A DNA stretch of 64,000 nucleotides, from contig CAWKMU010000003.1 in the NCBI GenBank assembly GCA_963850905.1, positions 1,504,001-1,568,000 of the forward strand, given 5' to 3'. A model generated the notes under the pieces. It was not told where the DNA came from and searched no databases. It saw only the letters and a program-made list of their open reading frames with translations. The position numbers were made by a program, and so were the translations under genes. This document shows, one piece after another, positions 19,280-29,298 of the stretch (the first letter of the stretch is position 1; every line of letters begins with the position of its first letter). Source of the stretch: an uncultured Gemmatimonadales bacterium (GTDB lineage Bacteria; Gemmatimonadota; Gemmatimonadetes; Gemmatimonadales; Gemmatimonadaceae).

Positions 19280-19588
19280 CTACGCTCCGAACCGCGCCTC
19301 GCAGTAGTCCCACAGCCAGGAGCCCAGAAGATACCCGACCAGGCCGCACACCACGAAGAGCGCTACGATGCTGAGCCACAGCGGACGGACGCCGGCGACG
19401 GACAGGGGCATCCCCGGCGTCGAGGCACGCACGCGCAGGATGCGGTATGCGGTGGCGAGCGCGCCCGCGGGCAGCCCCCACCCGGCGACTCCGTAGCGCC
19501 ATACGAAGGCGCGGCGTCCCGTCAAGCGCGTCCGCGCCCACCGCGCCTGCGAGTGGGCCAGCGCCTCGGCTACCGGCTTGGTTGTCAT
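19280..19588 (-). CDS. Small hypothetical membrane protein
   Basis: W.RTR..GRR.FVWRYGV.GWG and two hydrophobic segments ending W...E.RF; start uncertain. Confidence 0.55.
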   Translation of the reverse strand: MTTKPVAEALAHSQARWARTRLTGRRAFVWRYGVAGWGLPAGALATAYRILRVRASTPGMPLSVAGVRPLWLSIVALFVVCGLVGYLLGSWLWDYCEARFGA

Positions 19589-19646
19589 CACGCGACCGTC
19601 ACCGTTCCCGTCACTGCTGTTCAACATCGTCTCCCGCCAGCTGACC

Positions 19647-20825
19647 TCACCGCAGCAACGCTTTGGCGATCGTCTGCAGCTGCATGTTGGACGTACCCTC
19701 GTAGATCGTCCCGATCTTCGCATCGCGATAGAACTTCTCGACCGGGTAGTCGGTGGTGTACCCGTAGCCGCCAAACAACTCGAGACAGACCGACGTCACA
19801 CGCTCACACACCTGCGACGCAAAGAGCTTGGCCATGGCGCCTTCTCGCACGATATCCTGGCCCGCGTCCTTGAGTCGCGCGGCGTTGTAGACCATGAGTC
19901 GCGCTGCCTCGAGCTCGGTAGCCGCTTGGGCGAGCTGGAACTGCACACCCTGAAACTCCGACAGTGCCTTGCCGAACTGCTTACGCTCTTTGATGTACGA
20001 GGTGGCCGCGGCAAGCGCGCCACCCGCGACGCCGATCATCTGAGCGCCGATCCCGATGCGTCCCTCGTTCAGGGTCTCGATCGCGATCTTGTAGCCTTGC
20101 CCGACGGGCCCCAACACGTTCGTGGCGGGGACTTCACACGAGTCCAGAATCAACTCGACGGTGCTCGAGGCCCGGATCCCGAGCTTGTCCTCCTTCTTGC
20201 CGACTCGGAATCCGGGAAACCCTCGCTCAATGACGAACGCCGTGATGCCTTTATAACCGGCGTCAGGGTTGGCGTTGGCAAAGAGCACGAAGATGTCGGC
20301 CTCGGCCCCATTCGTGATCCACATCTTGCGTCCGTTGAGGACGTAGTGGTCGCCGGCGCGCACGGCGGTCGTCTGCATGCCAAACGCATCCGACCCCGAG
20401 CCCGTCTCCGACAAGGCGTACGCACCGACCGTATCGCCCGTCAGCCGCGGCAGATACCGCGCTTTGACGTCATCGCTCCCGTATCGCAGGATCGGGTAGT
20501 TGACGAGCGTGTTCTGCACATCGACCACGATCGCTGCCGACGCGTCGACCCGACTGACAGTCTCGACGGCAAGCGCCACCATCATGAGCGACCCACCCGA
20601 GCCGCCATACTGCTCCGGCACTTCGATCCCCATGAGGCCCAGGGAGTAGAAGTGTGGGATCAGTGTTGGGTCGATCCGGCCCGCACGCTCCATCTCCTTC
20701 ACCCGCGGTCGCACTTCATGCTCCGCGAAATCGGCTATCGCATCGCGAAACAGGGACTCTTCGTCGGAGAGCGCGGTGAGCGGGCCTGGGCGGCTGTTCA
20801 CAACGGCGGCGATCTCGGAGGACAT
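19647..20825 (-). CDS. Short/branched-chain acyl-CoA dehydrogenase
   Basis: GAYALSETGSGSDAF, LNGRKMWITNG, EDKLGIRASST, LNEGRIGIGAQ, RKQFG, YRDAKIGTIYEGTSNMQ; ATG at 20825. Confidence 0.95.
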   Translation of the reverse strand: MSSEIAAVVNSRPGPLTALSDEESLFRDAIADFAEHEVRPRVKEMERAGRIDPTLIPHFYSLGLMGIEVPEQYGGSGGSLMMVALAVETVSRVDASAAIVVDVQNTLVNYPILRYGSDDVKARYLPRLTGDTVGAYALSETGSGSDAFGMQTTAVRAGDHYVLNGRKMWITNGAEADIFVLFANANPDAGYKGITAFVIERGFPGFRVGKKEDKLGIRASSTVELILDSCEVPATNVLGPVGQGYKIAIETLNEGRIGIGAQMIGVAGGALAAATSYIKERKQFGKALSEFQGVQFQLAQAATELEAARLMVYNAARLKDAGQDIVREGAMAKLFASQVCERVTSVCLELFGGYGYTTDYPVEKFYRDAKIGTIYEGTSNMQLQTIAKALLR

Positions 20826-20866
20826 GGGGGGGAATCTAACGGTGCCACTCGGGGGGTTATACAGCG

Positions 20867-20987
20867 GGGGTCTGGGGTTTGGGGTCTGGGGTTCGGGGTA
20901 CCAGCAACAAAACCGAGGGCCACTCACTGTGCGCTGTGAGTGGCCCTCGTGTCGTTGTCGTTACCCCAGACCCCAAACCCCAGACCC
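20867..20987. repeat. Hairpin element with GGGGT(C/T)T heptamer arms, copy 1
   Basis: About 5 GGGGTYT-like units on the left, CCCCARA x3 on the right, central perfect 14-bp stem CGAGGGCCACTCAC/GTGAGTGGCCCTCG. Confidence 0.9.
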
Positions 20988-20998
20988 GTCGTAGGCCC

Positions 20999-21541
20999 CT
21001 ACTTCGCCCAATCTACCGACTGCACGGACGCGTCGATGCGGTCTTCGAGGACCGAGAGCGCAGCGGGCGGGAAGGGAGAACCCTCTTCGTGCGTGACCGT
21101 CTTGAGCTTTTCGCCCAGGCGGAACGTTGTCGTCGCGATCGGACTCGCGCTCAGACCCGGCGGATACTTGGGCGAGAGCGAGTCGTACCCAATGCGGCGA
21201 AACTCGGCCACGAGACCATCCACGGTCGAGCGCGGGAGATGGGCGTACCAACGACCGGCCTTGCTGACATTGGCCACACCGTCGTACACCACCTGGCCGT
21301 CTTCAAAGAATGAAAGCTTGTACTCCGCGCACTGGCCATGACAGGCCGATCGCTCGAGCGTGATCACCGGCTGCACGGGCGGATCACCCGCGGCAGTCCG
21401 GCCATTGGACCCCGTCGAGGCGTGATGCGCCTGCGCGTACGCCACGCCGGGCATCGCGAGTATCGCGACGCATGCGCACATGACCACTCCGCCCAGCAAC
21501 CCGCCGGCGAGGGTCGCCATCCATCTCGCACCACGTACCAT
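20999..21541 (-). CDS. Exported DUF6438-like protein
   Basis: Signal peptide; ITLERSACHGQCAEYKLSFFEDGQVVYDG; start uncertain (21541 or 21520). Confidence 0.7.
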   Translation of the reverse strand: MVRGARWMATLAGGLLGGVVMCACVAILAMPGVAYAQAHHASTGSNGRTAAGDPPVQPVITLERSACHGQCAEYKLSFFEDGQVVYDGVANVSKAGRWYAHLPRSTVDGLVAEFRRIGYDSLSPKYPPGLSASPIATTTFRLGEKLKTVTHEEGSPFPPAALSVLEDRIDASVQSVDWAK

Positions 21542-21593
21542 CCTGAGCTCTCCGAAGGCTCCGAGGACGGGGGGACCCACCGGTCCCCCTCCG

Positions 21594-22109
21594 TCATTCT
21601 GACGAAGACCCCGGGCTGGAGATAACGGCCGAGCCCGCATCGGCTTCCCGTGCCGGGCACGCATCCCCGCAGCGGCAGTCGGGCATCCCCCCGTCTCCGG
21701 CCTCGCCCCAGCAGGCGGAGCCGCCGTCAGCGGCAGGCGGCCGGGCAGGCGCGAGCCCAGCTCGGCTCAAGACGACCGCCGCCAGCATCTCATGGACCCC
21801 AAACGCCGGTGTGACCCGGAACCGCACCCCCGGGTGTGCCGCCGCTGCCTCCCCAATCATGCGCGGGATGTCCCGCGTCGAGTGCCGACCCGGCGACAGC
21901 ATATAAGGAAACGCGATCACCTCGTCCGCCCCGGCCGCGACACAGTCCGCGAAGCCCCGGGCGATCGACGGCTCAGCCAACTCCATGTGCGCGTGCCGCA
22001 CGATAACCCCGCCCCCCACCATGTCCTGCACCAGGTTGGTGACGCAGGCCAGCATGTCGTTGGCGGTGTCGAGCTTGGAGCCGTGGTCGATGAGGAGGAG
22101 GGAAAGCAC
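21594..22109 (-). CDS. cbiX: CbiX/SirB-type single-domain tetrapyrrole chelatase with a Cys-rich tail
   Basis: IDHGSK, AHMELAEPSI, PYMLSPGRHSTRDIP; tail CW...CRCGDAC. Confidence 0.8.
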   Translation of the reverse strand: MLSLLLIDHGSKLDTANDMLACVTNLVQDMVGGGVIVRHAHMELAEPSIARGFADCVAAGADEVIAFPYMLSPGRHSTRDIPRMIGEAAAAHPGVRFRVTPAFGVHEMLAAVVLSRAGLAPARPPAADGGSACWGEAGDGGMPDCRCGDACPAREADAGSAVISSPGSSSE

Positions 22110-22114
22110 GAAAC

Positions 22115-22225
22115 GGCGGGATCAGGGGTCAGGGATCAGGGGTCAGGGGACCACAACGACCAACTTACCGGGGGTGTAGCGGTCGTTGCAGTTCCCGACC
22201 CCTGACCCCCGACCCCTGATCCCGC
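22115..22225. repeat. Hairpin element with GGG(G/A)TCA heptamer arms, copy 1
   Basis: GGGATCA-GGGGTCA-GGGATCA-GGGGTCA left arm, complementary right arm, inner CAACGACC/GGTCGTTG stem. Confidence 0.88.
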
Positions 22226-22227
22226 CC

Positions 22228-24281
22228 TTAAGCCCCCACCCCAATCGTCTGCAACGCCAACTCGACCTTGCCGAACGGCGCCGACACCTGCACTCCCTGC
22301 ACCGAGGCGCGCACCCGTTCCAGCATCTCGCGGGCGATCGCGATACCTTCGGCCACGGCGTGCTCCTTGGAGCGGTCGTTGGCGCGACGCATGCGCTCGA
22401 TCACACTGCGTCGGAACGGCCACACCGGGCACCTCGTTGGCCAGGAACTCCGCGTTTCGCACCGAGACCAGAGGCCAGATCCCCGCCACGATCGGGATGT
22501 GGACGTCCAGCGACATCTCGAGGAACCGTTCCAGTTGCGCCACGTCGAACACCGGCTGGGTCACCGCGAACTCGGCCCCCGCTTCCACCTTCCACTCGAA
22601 CCGGCGAAGCTCGTGGGCGCGGTCCACGGCAGCGGGATTGACGCCGACGCCCGATGACGAAGCGTGTCGGCGCGCCGATCTCGTTGCCGCCGGGATCCAG
22701 GCCGTGATTGAGCCGCGACACGAGATTCGTGAGACCGATCGCGTCGATGTCGAAGACCGCCGTCGCGTCGGGATAGGGGCCCATCTTGGGTGGGTCGCCC
22801 GTCACGAGCAACAGATTCCGCAGCCCCATCGCGGACGCGCCGAGCAGATCGCTCAGCATCCCCAGGAGATTGCGGTCGCGGCAGCAATAGTGCGTCACGG
22901 TCTCGATCCCGACCTGTTGCTGAATGAGGATGCTGACGAGCACCGCGCTCATCCGGCTCTGCGCCCGGGGTCCGTCGGGCACGTTGACCGCGTCGACGCC
23001 GGCCCGGCGCAATGCGGTCACCTCCTGCACCATGCGCACGGGATCCACGCCACGCGGGGGCACGATTTCCACCGACGTCACGAATTCGCCAGCGGCCAGC
23101 TTCGCCGCCCACCTCGAGCGCTCGGCGAACGCGACGGGCGCCACGCCCGGCTGTGCGACGGAGATGCCGCCATCCGTGCCGGTTGCGGTGCGCGCATGCA
23201 CGCGCGAGAGGCGCCCGCCGCCGGCAGATTGCAACACGGTCGCATGCGTCGTCGCGTCGGCGGCCCCGTCGGAGTCTGGCACCCCATGATGCCGGGGGGC
23301 GAGGGGACGCACGCCGGCCGCCATCGCGTGGATGTGCTCGGGCGTCGTCCCGCAGCATCCGCCGACGATCTTGGCGCCCGCTTGCACGAGGTGCCGAGCG
23401 TACGTCGCCATGTACTCGGGGCTCGCCATGTACATGCTGCGGCCGCCGACTTCGCGCGGCATTCCAGCATTCGGCTGAGCGGACAGCTTGCGCCGGGTCT
23501 CCGGGACCATGCGCTCGATCGCGTCGAGAATCGCTTGGGGACCCACGGAGCAATTGAGTCCAATGACATCGGCGCCGAATCGGTCGAGTGCGCGCGCGAC
23601 CTCCTCGGGTGGCACGCCGTACGGCGTTCGGCCATCGACCCCGATCGTCATTTGCGCGATGACCGGCATTGCCGGATCGACGTCGCGGGCTGCACGAATG
23701 GCCTGCTCCATCTCGTCCAGATCGGCGAACGTCTCGATGACGAAGCAATCGGCGCCGCCGTCTGCCAGCGCCTGCATCTGCTCGCGAAACATCGCCCGCG
23801 CCTCGTCTCGGCTCGTGGGACCGTAGGGCTCGATCCGAATCCCGAGTGGACCGACGGCGCCCGCGACGAGCCGCCGGTCACCGGCCGCTGCGCGTGCGAT
23901 CTGCGCCGCGCGTCGATTGAGCTCGACGACCTGCGATTCGAGGCCGTACTGTGTGAGCTTGACGCGGTTCGCGCCGAAGCTGTTGGTCTCCAACACCTCG
24001 GCGCCGGCGCGCGCGTAGGCATCATGCACCGCTCGCACCAGCTCGGGCGATCGGGCATTCAGCTCGTCGTAGCACTGGTTGATGAACACGCCCTTGGCAT
24101 AGAGCATGGTCCCCATCGCGCCGTCGAAGACGATGACGCGCTCGGGGTCGACCAGCCGTGCTAGCAGGTCCGCGCGAACGCGCGACGCAAGCGTCGTCCC
24201 TACAGTCGATGCGCCAGTTCCGGGGGTAGTCCCGATCTGCGCGTCGGCGGGCGACGCTTGCGCCGCCTCTACAGAGGTCAT
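22228..24281 (-). CDS. yitJ: Bifunctional homocysteine S-methyltransferase / methylenetetrahydrofolate reductase, two apparent frameshifts (about 22650 and 22410)
   Basis: DGAMGTML, GLNCSVGP, GGCCGTTPEHI; VNVPDGPRA, HYCCRDRNL, TGDPPK; continues as KVEAGAEFAVTQPVFD and SAPFGKV in other frames. Confidence 0.88.
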
Positions 24282-27200
24282 GCGGCCGCCTCCACGCCCC
24301 CGGCTTCACCGCGCACCGCGTAGTACTTGGCGTCCGGGTGGTGCACGATGATCGCCGCGGTCGACTGCTCGGGCACGAGCTGTCCAGCACTGGTCAGCGA
24401 CATGCCCAGGGCGTCCGCGACGGGTAGCAGGCGAAAGACCGTGGTGTGGTCGTCGAGATCGGGGCACGCGCCGTACCCCCACGAGTAGCGCTTCCCCTGC
24501 CGATGGGGCGAGCCCCCATTCGCGACGGATTCGACGATGCATCCATTCCGCGACCGCTTCAGCCGCCTCGACCGCCAGGCCGTGCACGTAGTACGCCTCC
24601 GTGTACTCGCCAGCATGCTGCAGCACGTCGAACCGCGCGGCAGCTGCATCGCCGACAGTCACGACCTGCAGCGCGACGACATCGACCTCGCCCGAATCCG
24701 ACCGATCGGAAGTAGTCCGCGATGCACAGACCGCTCGCGACCGACCTGGCGGGGAAAGTGGAAGCGGGCGATCTCGCGCAGGGCGCCGCCGTCGCTCTCG
24801 TATGCCGCCGGATCGTAGACGACCAGGTCGTTGCCCTGCGACTGCACGGGGAACGCCCCGTAGACGGCTTGCGGCACGAGCCAGCGGTCGCGCGCGGCTT
24901 CGGCGCTGAGCCGGCGCGAGCGTCGGGCTGAACTCCTCCTGCACGGTGCGGTCGAATGCGGGCCCAGAGCCACGGCCGCCCCATTGCAGACGGAACAACT
25001 CGTCGAGGTCGAGGAGTGAGAGCACCTCGTCGAGCGGGATGTCGCGGAGGACGCGCGCGCCGAAGAAGGGGGCGCGGGGCACGGGGACGTCGGTGCGCAC
25101 GCCGCTGCGTTCTCCGCCGGCGATGCCCGCGGCGACGTCCTTGCCGACGGTCGCGTGCAGGAACACGTCGCGCCGTGCGGCATCGATCGCGTCCGCGAGA
25201 ACCCCCGCCCGACGGTCGGGATCCATGAGCTGGTCCATCATGGCCAGCCCTTCGAACGCGTCCTTGCAGTAGAACACACCCGCGGCGTACGGCACGCTCG
25301 CCGTCGACGAACAGCGCCCGCCGGCCAAAGCGACGGTTGATCGCGGCGCCGCCGATGAGGACCGGATATGCCAGTCCCCGCTTGTCGAGCTCCTGAACGC
25401 AGAGCGGCATCTGCTTCGACGTCGACACGAGTAGCGCCGACAGCCCGATCGCGTCGGCACCAACCTCTTCGGCTTTCTCGATGATCGTGTTGACCGGCAC
25501 CTGCTTGCCGAGGTCGTACACCGTATAGCCGTTGTTCGCGAGAATCGTGTTGACGAGCGACTTCCCGATGTCGTGGACGTCGCCGTACACGGTCGCCAGA
25601 ACGACCTTGCCCTTGGTGTAATCCGCCGACCGCTCGAGGAACTGCTCCAGATGCCGCACGGCGCGCTTCATGACTTCGGCGCTCTGCAGCACAAATGGCA
25701 GGATGAGCTCACCCGCGCCGAACTTGTCGCCCACCTCTTTCATCGCGGGCAGCAGCACGTCGTTGAGCACCCGAACCGGCTGCTCGCGAACGCCGGCTGC
25801 GTCCAGCAGCGCCTCGATGCCTTCTTTCTTGCGGTGCACGACCGCCCAGTGGATGCGCTGGTCCGCGGTCATGCCCGCCGTCGGATCGGCGGCGCCGTCG
25901 CCGGTCGCGCCGCGCCGGCTCTCGGTCCCCGCGCTGGCGAAGTGCTCGATGAAGCGCTGCAGCGCATCGGCCCTCCGGTTGAAGACCAGGTCGTCGGCCA
26001 GGGCGCGCTCGGTCGCATCGACTTCGGCGTACGGACGGATGTGGGCGGGATTGACGATCGCCGCGTCCAGTCCGGCGGAGACGCAGTGGTGCAGGAAGAC
26101 CGAGTTGAGGACCGCGCGGGCCTCGCTCGTGAGGCCGAAGCTCACATTCGAGACGCCGAGGATCGTGAACACACCAGGGAGCTCGCGCTTGATCAGGCGG
26201 ATCCCTTCGATCGTCTCAGTGGCCGAGTCGATCCACTCGGCCTCGCCGGTCGCGAGGGTGAAGGTGAGCGCGTCGAAGATGAGGTCGGACGAGGTCAGGC
26301 CGAACTCGTGGGTCGCGATGTCATGGATGCGGCGGGCGATCTCGAGCTTGCGGTCGCGGGTGCGAGCCATCCCTTGCTCATCGATCGTGAGCGCGACGAC
26401 GGCTGCGCCATGCCGGCGAACGAGCGGCAGCACGTCCTCGATCCGCTTGCGGCCATTCTCCATGTTGATGGAGTTGACGATGCCGCGGCCCGGCAGGTGG
26501 GCGAGCGCGGCCGCGATGACGGACGGCTCGGTCGAGTCAATGACGAGCGGCGTGTCGACGCTCATCGACAGCAACTTCACGACACGCGCCATCTGCTCGG
26601 CTTCGTCCCCACGCTCCGTGAGCGCGACGCACACATCCAGCACATGCGCGCCCGATTCGGCTTGCTCGCGGGCGACCCGTACGATGCCATCGTAGTCATC
26701 CGCGAGCAGGAGCCGTTTGACCGCGCGCGAGCCCTGTGCGTTGACACGCTCACCGACGAGGAGCGGCGGTGGGTCCTGGTGCAGCGTGATGGCGCGCATC
26801 GCGCTCGAGACACGGGCGACACTCGTCGCACGCCGGCGATCCATGGCGACCGCGCGAGCGCCATTGCCCAGGGGGCGGATGGCCTGCACGACCGCCTGGA
26901 GGTGCTCGGGCGTGGTGCCACAACAGCCGCCGACGATGCGCACGCCGAAGTCGCGCACGAACTCGGAGAGCGCCGTAGCGAGTGGCGCCGGCTCGAGCGG
27001 ATAGACCGCGTCGCCCGTCCCCGTGTTGAGCGGGAGTCCCGCATTGGGGATCACGGAGATGGGACGCGTCGCGTGTTCCGTCAGATAGCGGACTGGTTCC
27101 CGCATGTGCTCGGGCCCCGTCGAGCAGTTGAGGCCGACGATGTCGACGCGAAGCCCCTCGAGCGTCGTGAGCGCACTGGCGACATCGGTGCCGAGCAGCA

Positions 27201-27813
27201 TGCGGCCGCTCGTGTCCAGCGTCACCTGTGCTTGCACGGGCACACGATGCCCGAGCTCGGCGAAGAGGCGCTCGAATCCCGCGATCGCCGCCTTCACCTC
27301 GAGAATGTCCTGCGCCGTTTCCACGAGGAGGACGTCGACGCCCCCTTCGACGAGCGCTTTGGCCTGGGCGTAGAAGTTGTCAGCGAGTGCGTCAAACGTG
27401 ATGGCGCCGAGCACCGGGTCATCGCTCGACGGCAGCATCCCGGTTGGGCCGATCGAGCCTGCGACGAATCGCGGGTGGTCGCTCGAGGCGTGCGCGTCGC
27501 ACGCGGCGCGCGCGAGCCGGGCCGCGGCGACATTGAGCTCGTGTATCCGGTCGCCGATGCCCCATTCGGCCAGCCGCCTCGGAGTGGATTGGAAGGTGCA
27601 CGTTTCGACGACATCGCAGCCGACCGCGAGAAACGACTCATGGATGCCGCGGATGACGTCTGGCCGCGTCAGGACCAGATGGTCGTTACACCCCTCGAGC
27701 GACTTGCCGCCGAAATCGGCTGCCGAGAGGTGGTGGCGTTGGATGTTGGTTCCCATGGCGCCGTCGTAGATGAGGACGCGATCGGCGAGGGCTTCGAGAT
27801 AGGCGGACGTCAC
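24278..27813 (-). CDS. metH: Cobalamin-dependent methionine synthase, five apparent frameshifts in the 3' third
   Basis: DGAMGT, GLNCSTGP, GGCCGTTPEH, GERVNAQGS (pterin domain), GDVHDIGK (B12-binding), GLSALL, GKRYSWGYGACPD, PEQSTAA; GTG start at 27813. Confidence 0.92.
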
Positions 27814-27904
27814 GTCGGCTACACTGCGGGGGTCAGGGGACCACACACGAACGGATTCGGGACTCCGGAACTGCCACAACGAGCGCCAAACACAGCAACG
27901 GCTC

Positions 27905-27939
27905 AAAACAAAAACGCCCGGACGGTCATCCCGCCGGGC
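27905..27939 (-). terminator. Intrinsic terminator of the SAM-II expression platform
   Basis: Minus strand GCCCGG..CCGGGC stem followed by GTTTTTGTTTT, between the aptamer and the metH start. Confidence 0.8.
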
Positions 27940-27944
27940 TCTGG

Positions 27945-27996
27945 CGGTTTAGCGGAATGTTTTACGTGGCCGCAAGTTGCCGTAAATCGCCACGAG
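27945..27996 (-). ncRNA. SAM-II riboswitch
   Basis: Minus strand CGTGGC-GATTTACGG-CAAC-TTGCG-GCCACG-TAAAACATTCC-GCTAAACCG: P1 pairing, GAUUU/UUGC/GCUAAA core, pseudoknot; lies upstream of metH. Confidence 0.85.
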
Positions 27997-28051
27997 TACA
28001 GTTGTGTCTCACAATCTAGCGCCGCGTCAGCCAGCACTCAACGGCGGATCG

Positions 28052-28164
28052 AAAGGCGGGGTCAGGGATCAGGGGAACAAACTGTAAGCCGGATCTACGT
28101 CACAATGCCTCTCGCGGGCAGTGAGTTCCCTGGTCCCTAGCCCCTGATCCCTGACCACGCCTTT
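28052..28164. repeat. Hairpin element with GGG(G/A)TCA heptamer arms, copy 2
   Basis: AAAGGCGGGGTCAGGGATCAGGGG ... CCCCTGATCCCTGACCACGCCTTT. Confidence 0.8.
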
Positions 28165-28396
28165 TTGTCCTACCTCGGACTCGCCGCCTAGCGCTGTCTG
28201 ATATCTGCCCTGGCAGCCTCTACCGTACGGGTGTACGCTGGGTTCGACGGCGTGGGCGGCGGGGGACCGAGTGACTCGGCTGGCGCCCGGAACGCTGGTG
28301 CCGAGCAAGCTCGGCTCCCGACCGCGCCGTCAATCGTCTGCTGTGTAGGAGTGGGGCGTGCCTCGCCCCGTGTCTCGCGTGGCCCTCCGTTCGGGG

Positions 28397-28499
28397 CTGC
28401 GATAAAGGCAAACCCGGCGAAAGCCGGCGACGCAAAGCTACGAGGCTACCGTGTGTGCCTGGTCGACGCGCACACCATGCCAGTCGAGCCGCCGAACAG
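28397..28499 (+). ncRNA. c-di-GMP-I (GEMM) riboswitch 1
   Basis: GGCAAACCCGGC-GAAA-GCCGGCGACGCAAAGCTAC, receptor GGCTAC/ATGCC, distal stem GTGTGTGC/GCGCACAC, 3' GCCGCCGAA. Confidence 0.92.
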
Positions 28500-28513
28500 T
28501 TCGAGGAGGGCCA

Positions 28514-28639
28514 ATGCGAACGACAGCGAGTCGTCTGGCGTGGGTGCTGTGCGCGTTGCTGGCAGTTTCTGTCGCCGCGTGCGCGCAGCAGGGAGTGACG
28601 GATCCTCCAGTGGTGGTGACGCAGGTGAACGGCGGATGA
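28514..28639 (+). CDS. 41-aa predicted lipoprotein (small ORF) downstream of riboswitch 1
   Basis: GAGGAGG RBS; MRTTASRLAWVLCALLAVSVAA|CAQQGVTDPPVVVTQVNGG with a VAAC lipobox. Confidence 0.65.
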   Translation: MRTTASRLAWVLCALLAVSVAACAQQGVTDPPVVVTQVNGG

Positions 28640-28642
28640 AAA

Positions 28643-28766
28643 CGGGTCTAGGGTTTGGGGTTTGGGGTCCGAGGTAACGACGACAACAGGGAGGGCCAGT
28701 CGCTGCGTACCGTGACTGGCCCTCGCGTTTTGTTGTAGTTACCCCAAACCCCAGACCCCAAACCCG
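28643..28766. repeat. Hairpin element with GGGGT(C/T)T heptamer arms, copy 2
   Basis: Same arms as 20867-20987; core GAGGGCCAGTC/GACTGGCCCTC; lies between convergent genes. Confidence 0.9.
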
Positions 28767-28778
28767 CCGTTTTCGCTG

Positions 28779-29183
28779 CTACCTCGTTCTCTCCTCCGGA
28801 CCGACATCGCCGTGCCCCCGCGATCGCGCCCGGGCCGTGACGGATTGGACCAGCGCGACGAGACGTTGACGTTCGAGCGGCAGAGTGAGATCTGCGAGCG
28901 TGAGGCGCTGCAGCGAAGCGGGCAGCGGCAGCGGCGCATCGTCGGTGCCGTGGTACAACACAATCGATCCCCCTGGAGCGAGCCCGTGGAGGCCAATGTC
29001 ACGAGCGGATTGGATAGCCGTCGCTCGATCGACCACCACGACGAGCGGTGGGTCGCCGGCGGTCTGGACGGTGGCCTCGTGCAAACTATCTGCGAGTGTG
29101 ACGCGATAGCCAGCGGCCGCGAGTGTTTGCGCAAGCCCCTCGAGCAAGGCGTGATCAGAGCCGATCAACACCGTACCAAACAT
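28779..29183 (-). CDS. Hypothetical protein, atypical receiver (CheY-like) fold
   Basis: VLIG.D...LEGLAQTL...GYRV..A.S..EA......P.VVVVD pattern; acidic pocket and Lys not conserved. Confidence 0.55.
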   Translation of the reverse strand: MFGTVLIGSDHALLEGLAQTLAAAGYRVTLADSLHEATVQTAGDPPLVVVVDRATAIQSARDIGLHGLAPGGSIVLYHGTDDAPLPLPASLQRLTLADLTLPLERQRLVALVQSVTARARSRGHGDVGPEERTR

Positions 29184-29298
29184 GAGTACCTCGGATACCT
29201 CTTGCGGTCAGCATTGGAACTCACAGTGGCGATCATGTATCGAGACCTGCCTCGATACCCTCACGCCGCCGCTGGCCGCTGCCGCCACGGAGTATCTC

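Noticed and set aside
22400..25300. Programmed frameshifting in metH and yitJ
   Set aside because: Too many shifts and no slippery sequences; the pattern fits sequencing insertions
25573..28140. Long plus-strand ORFs (855 aa here; also 22437-24164, 19578-20939, 4120-5418)
   Set aside because: Antisense shadows of metH, yitJ, the acyl-CoA dehydrogenase and ADOP, caused by high-GC codon bias; no recognisable motifs
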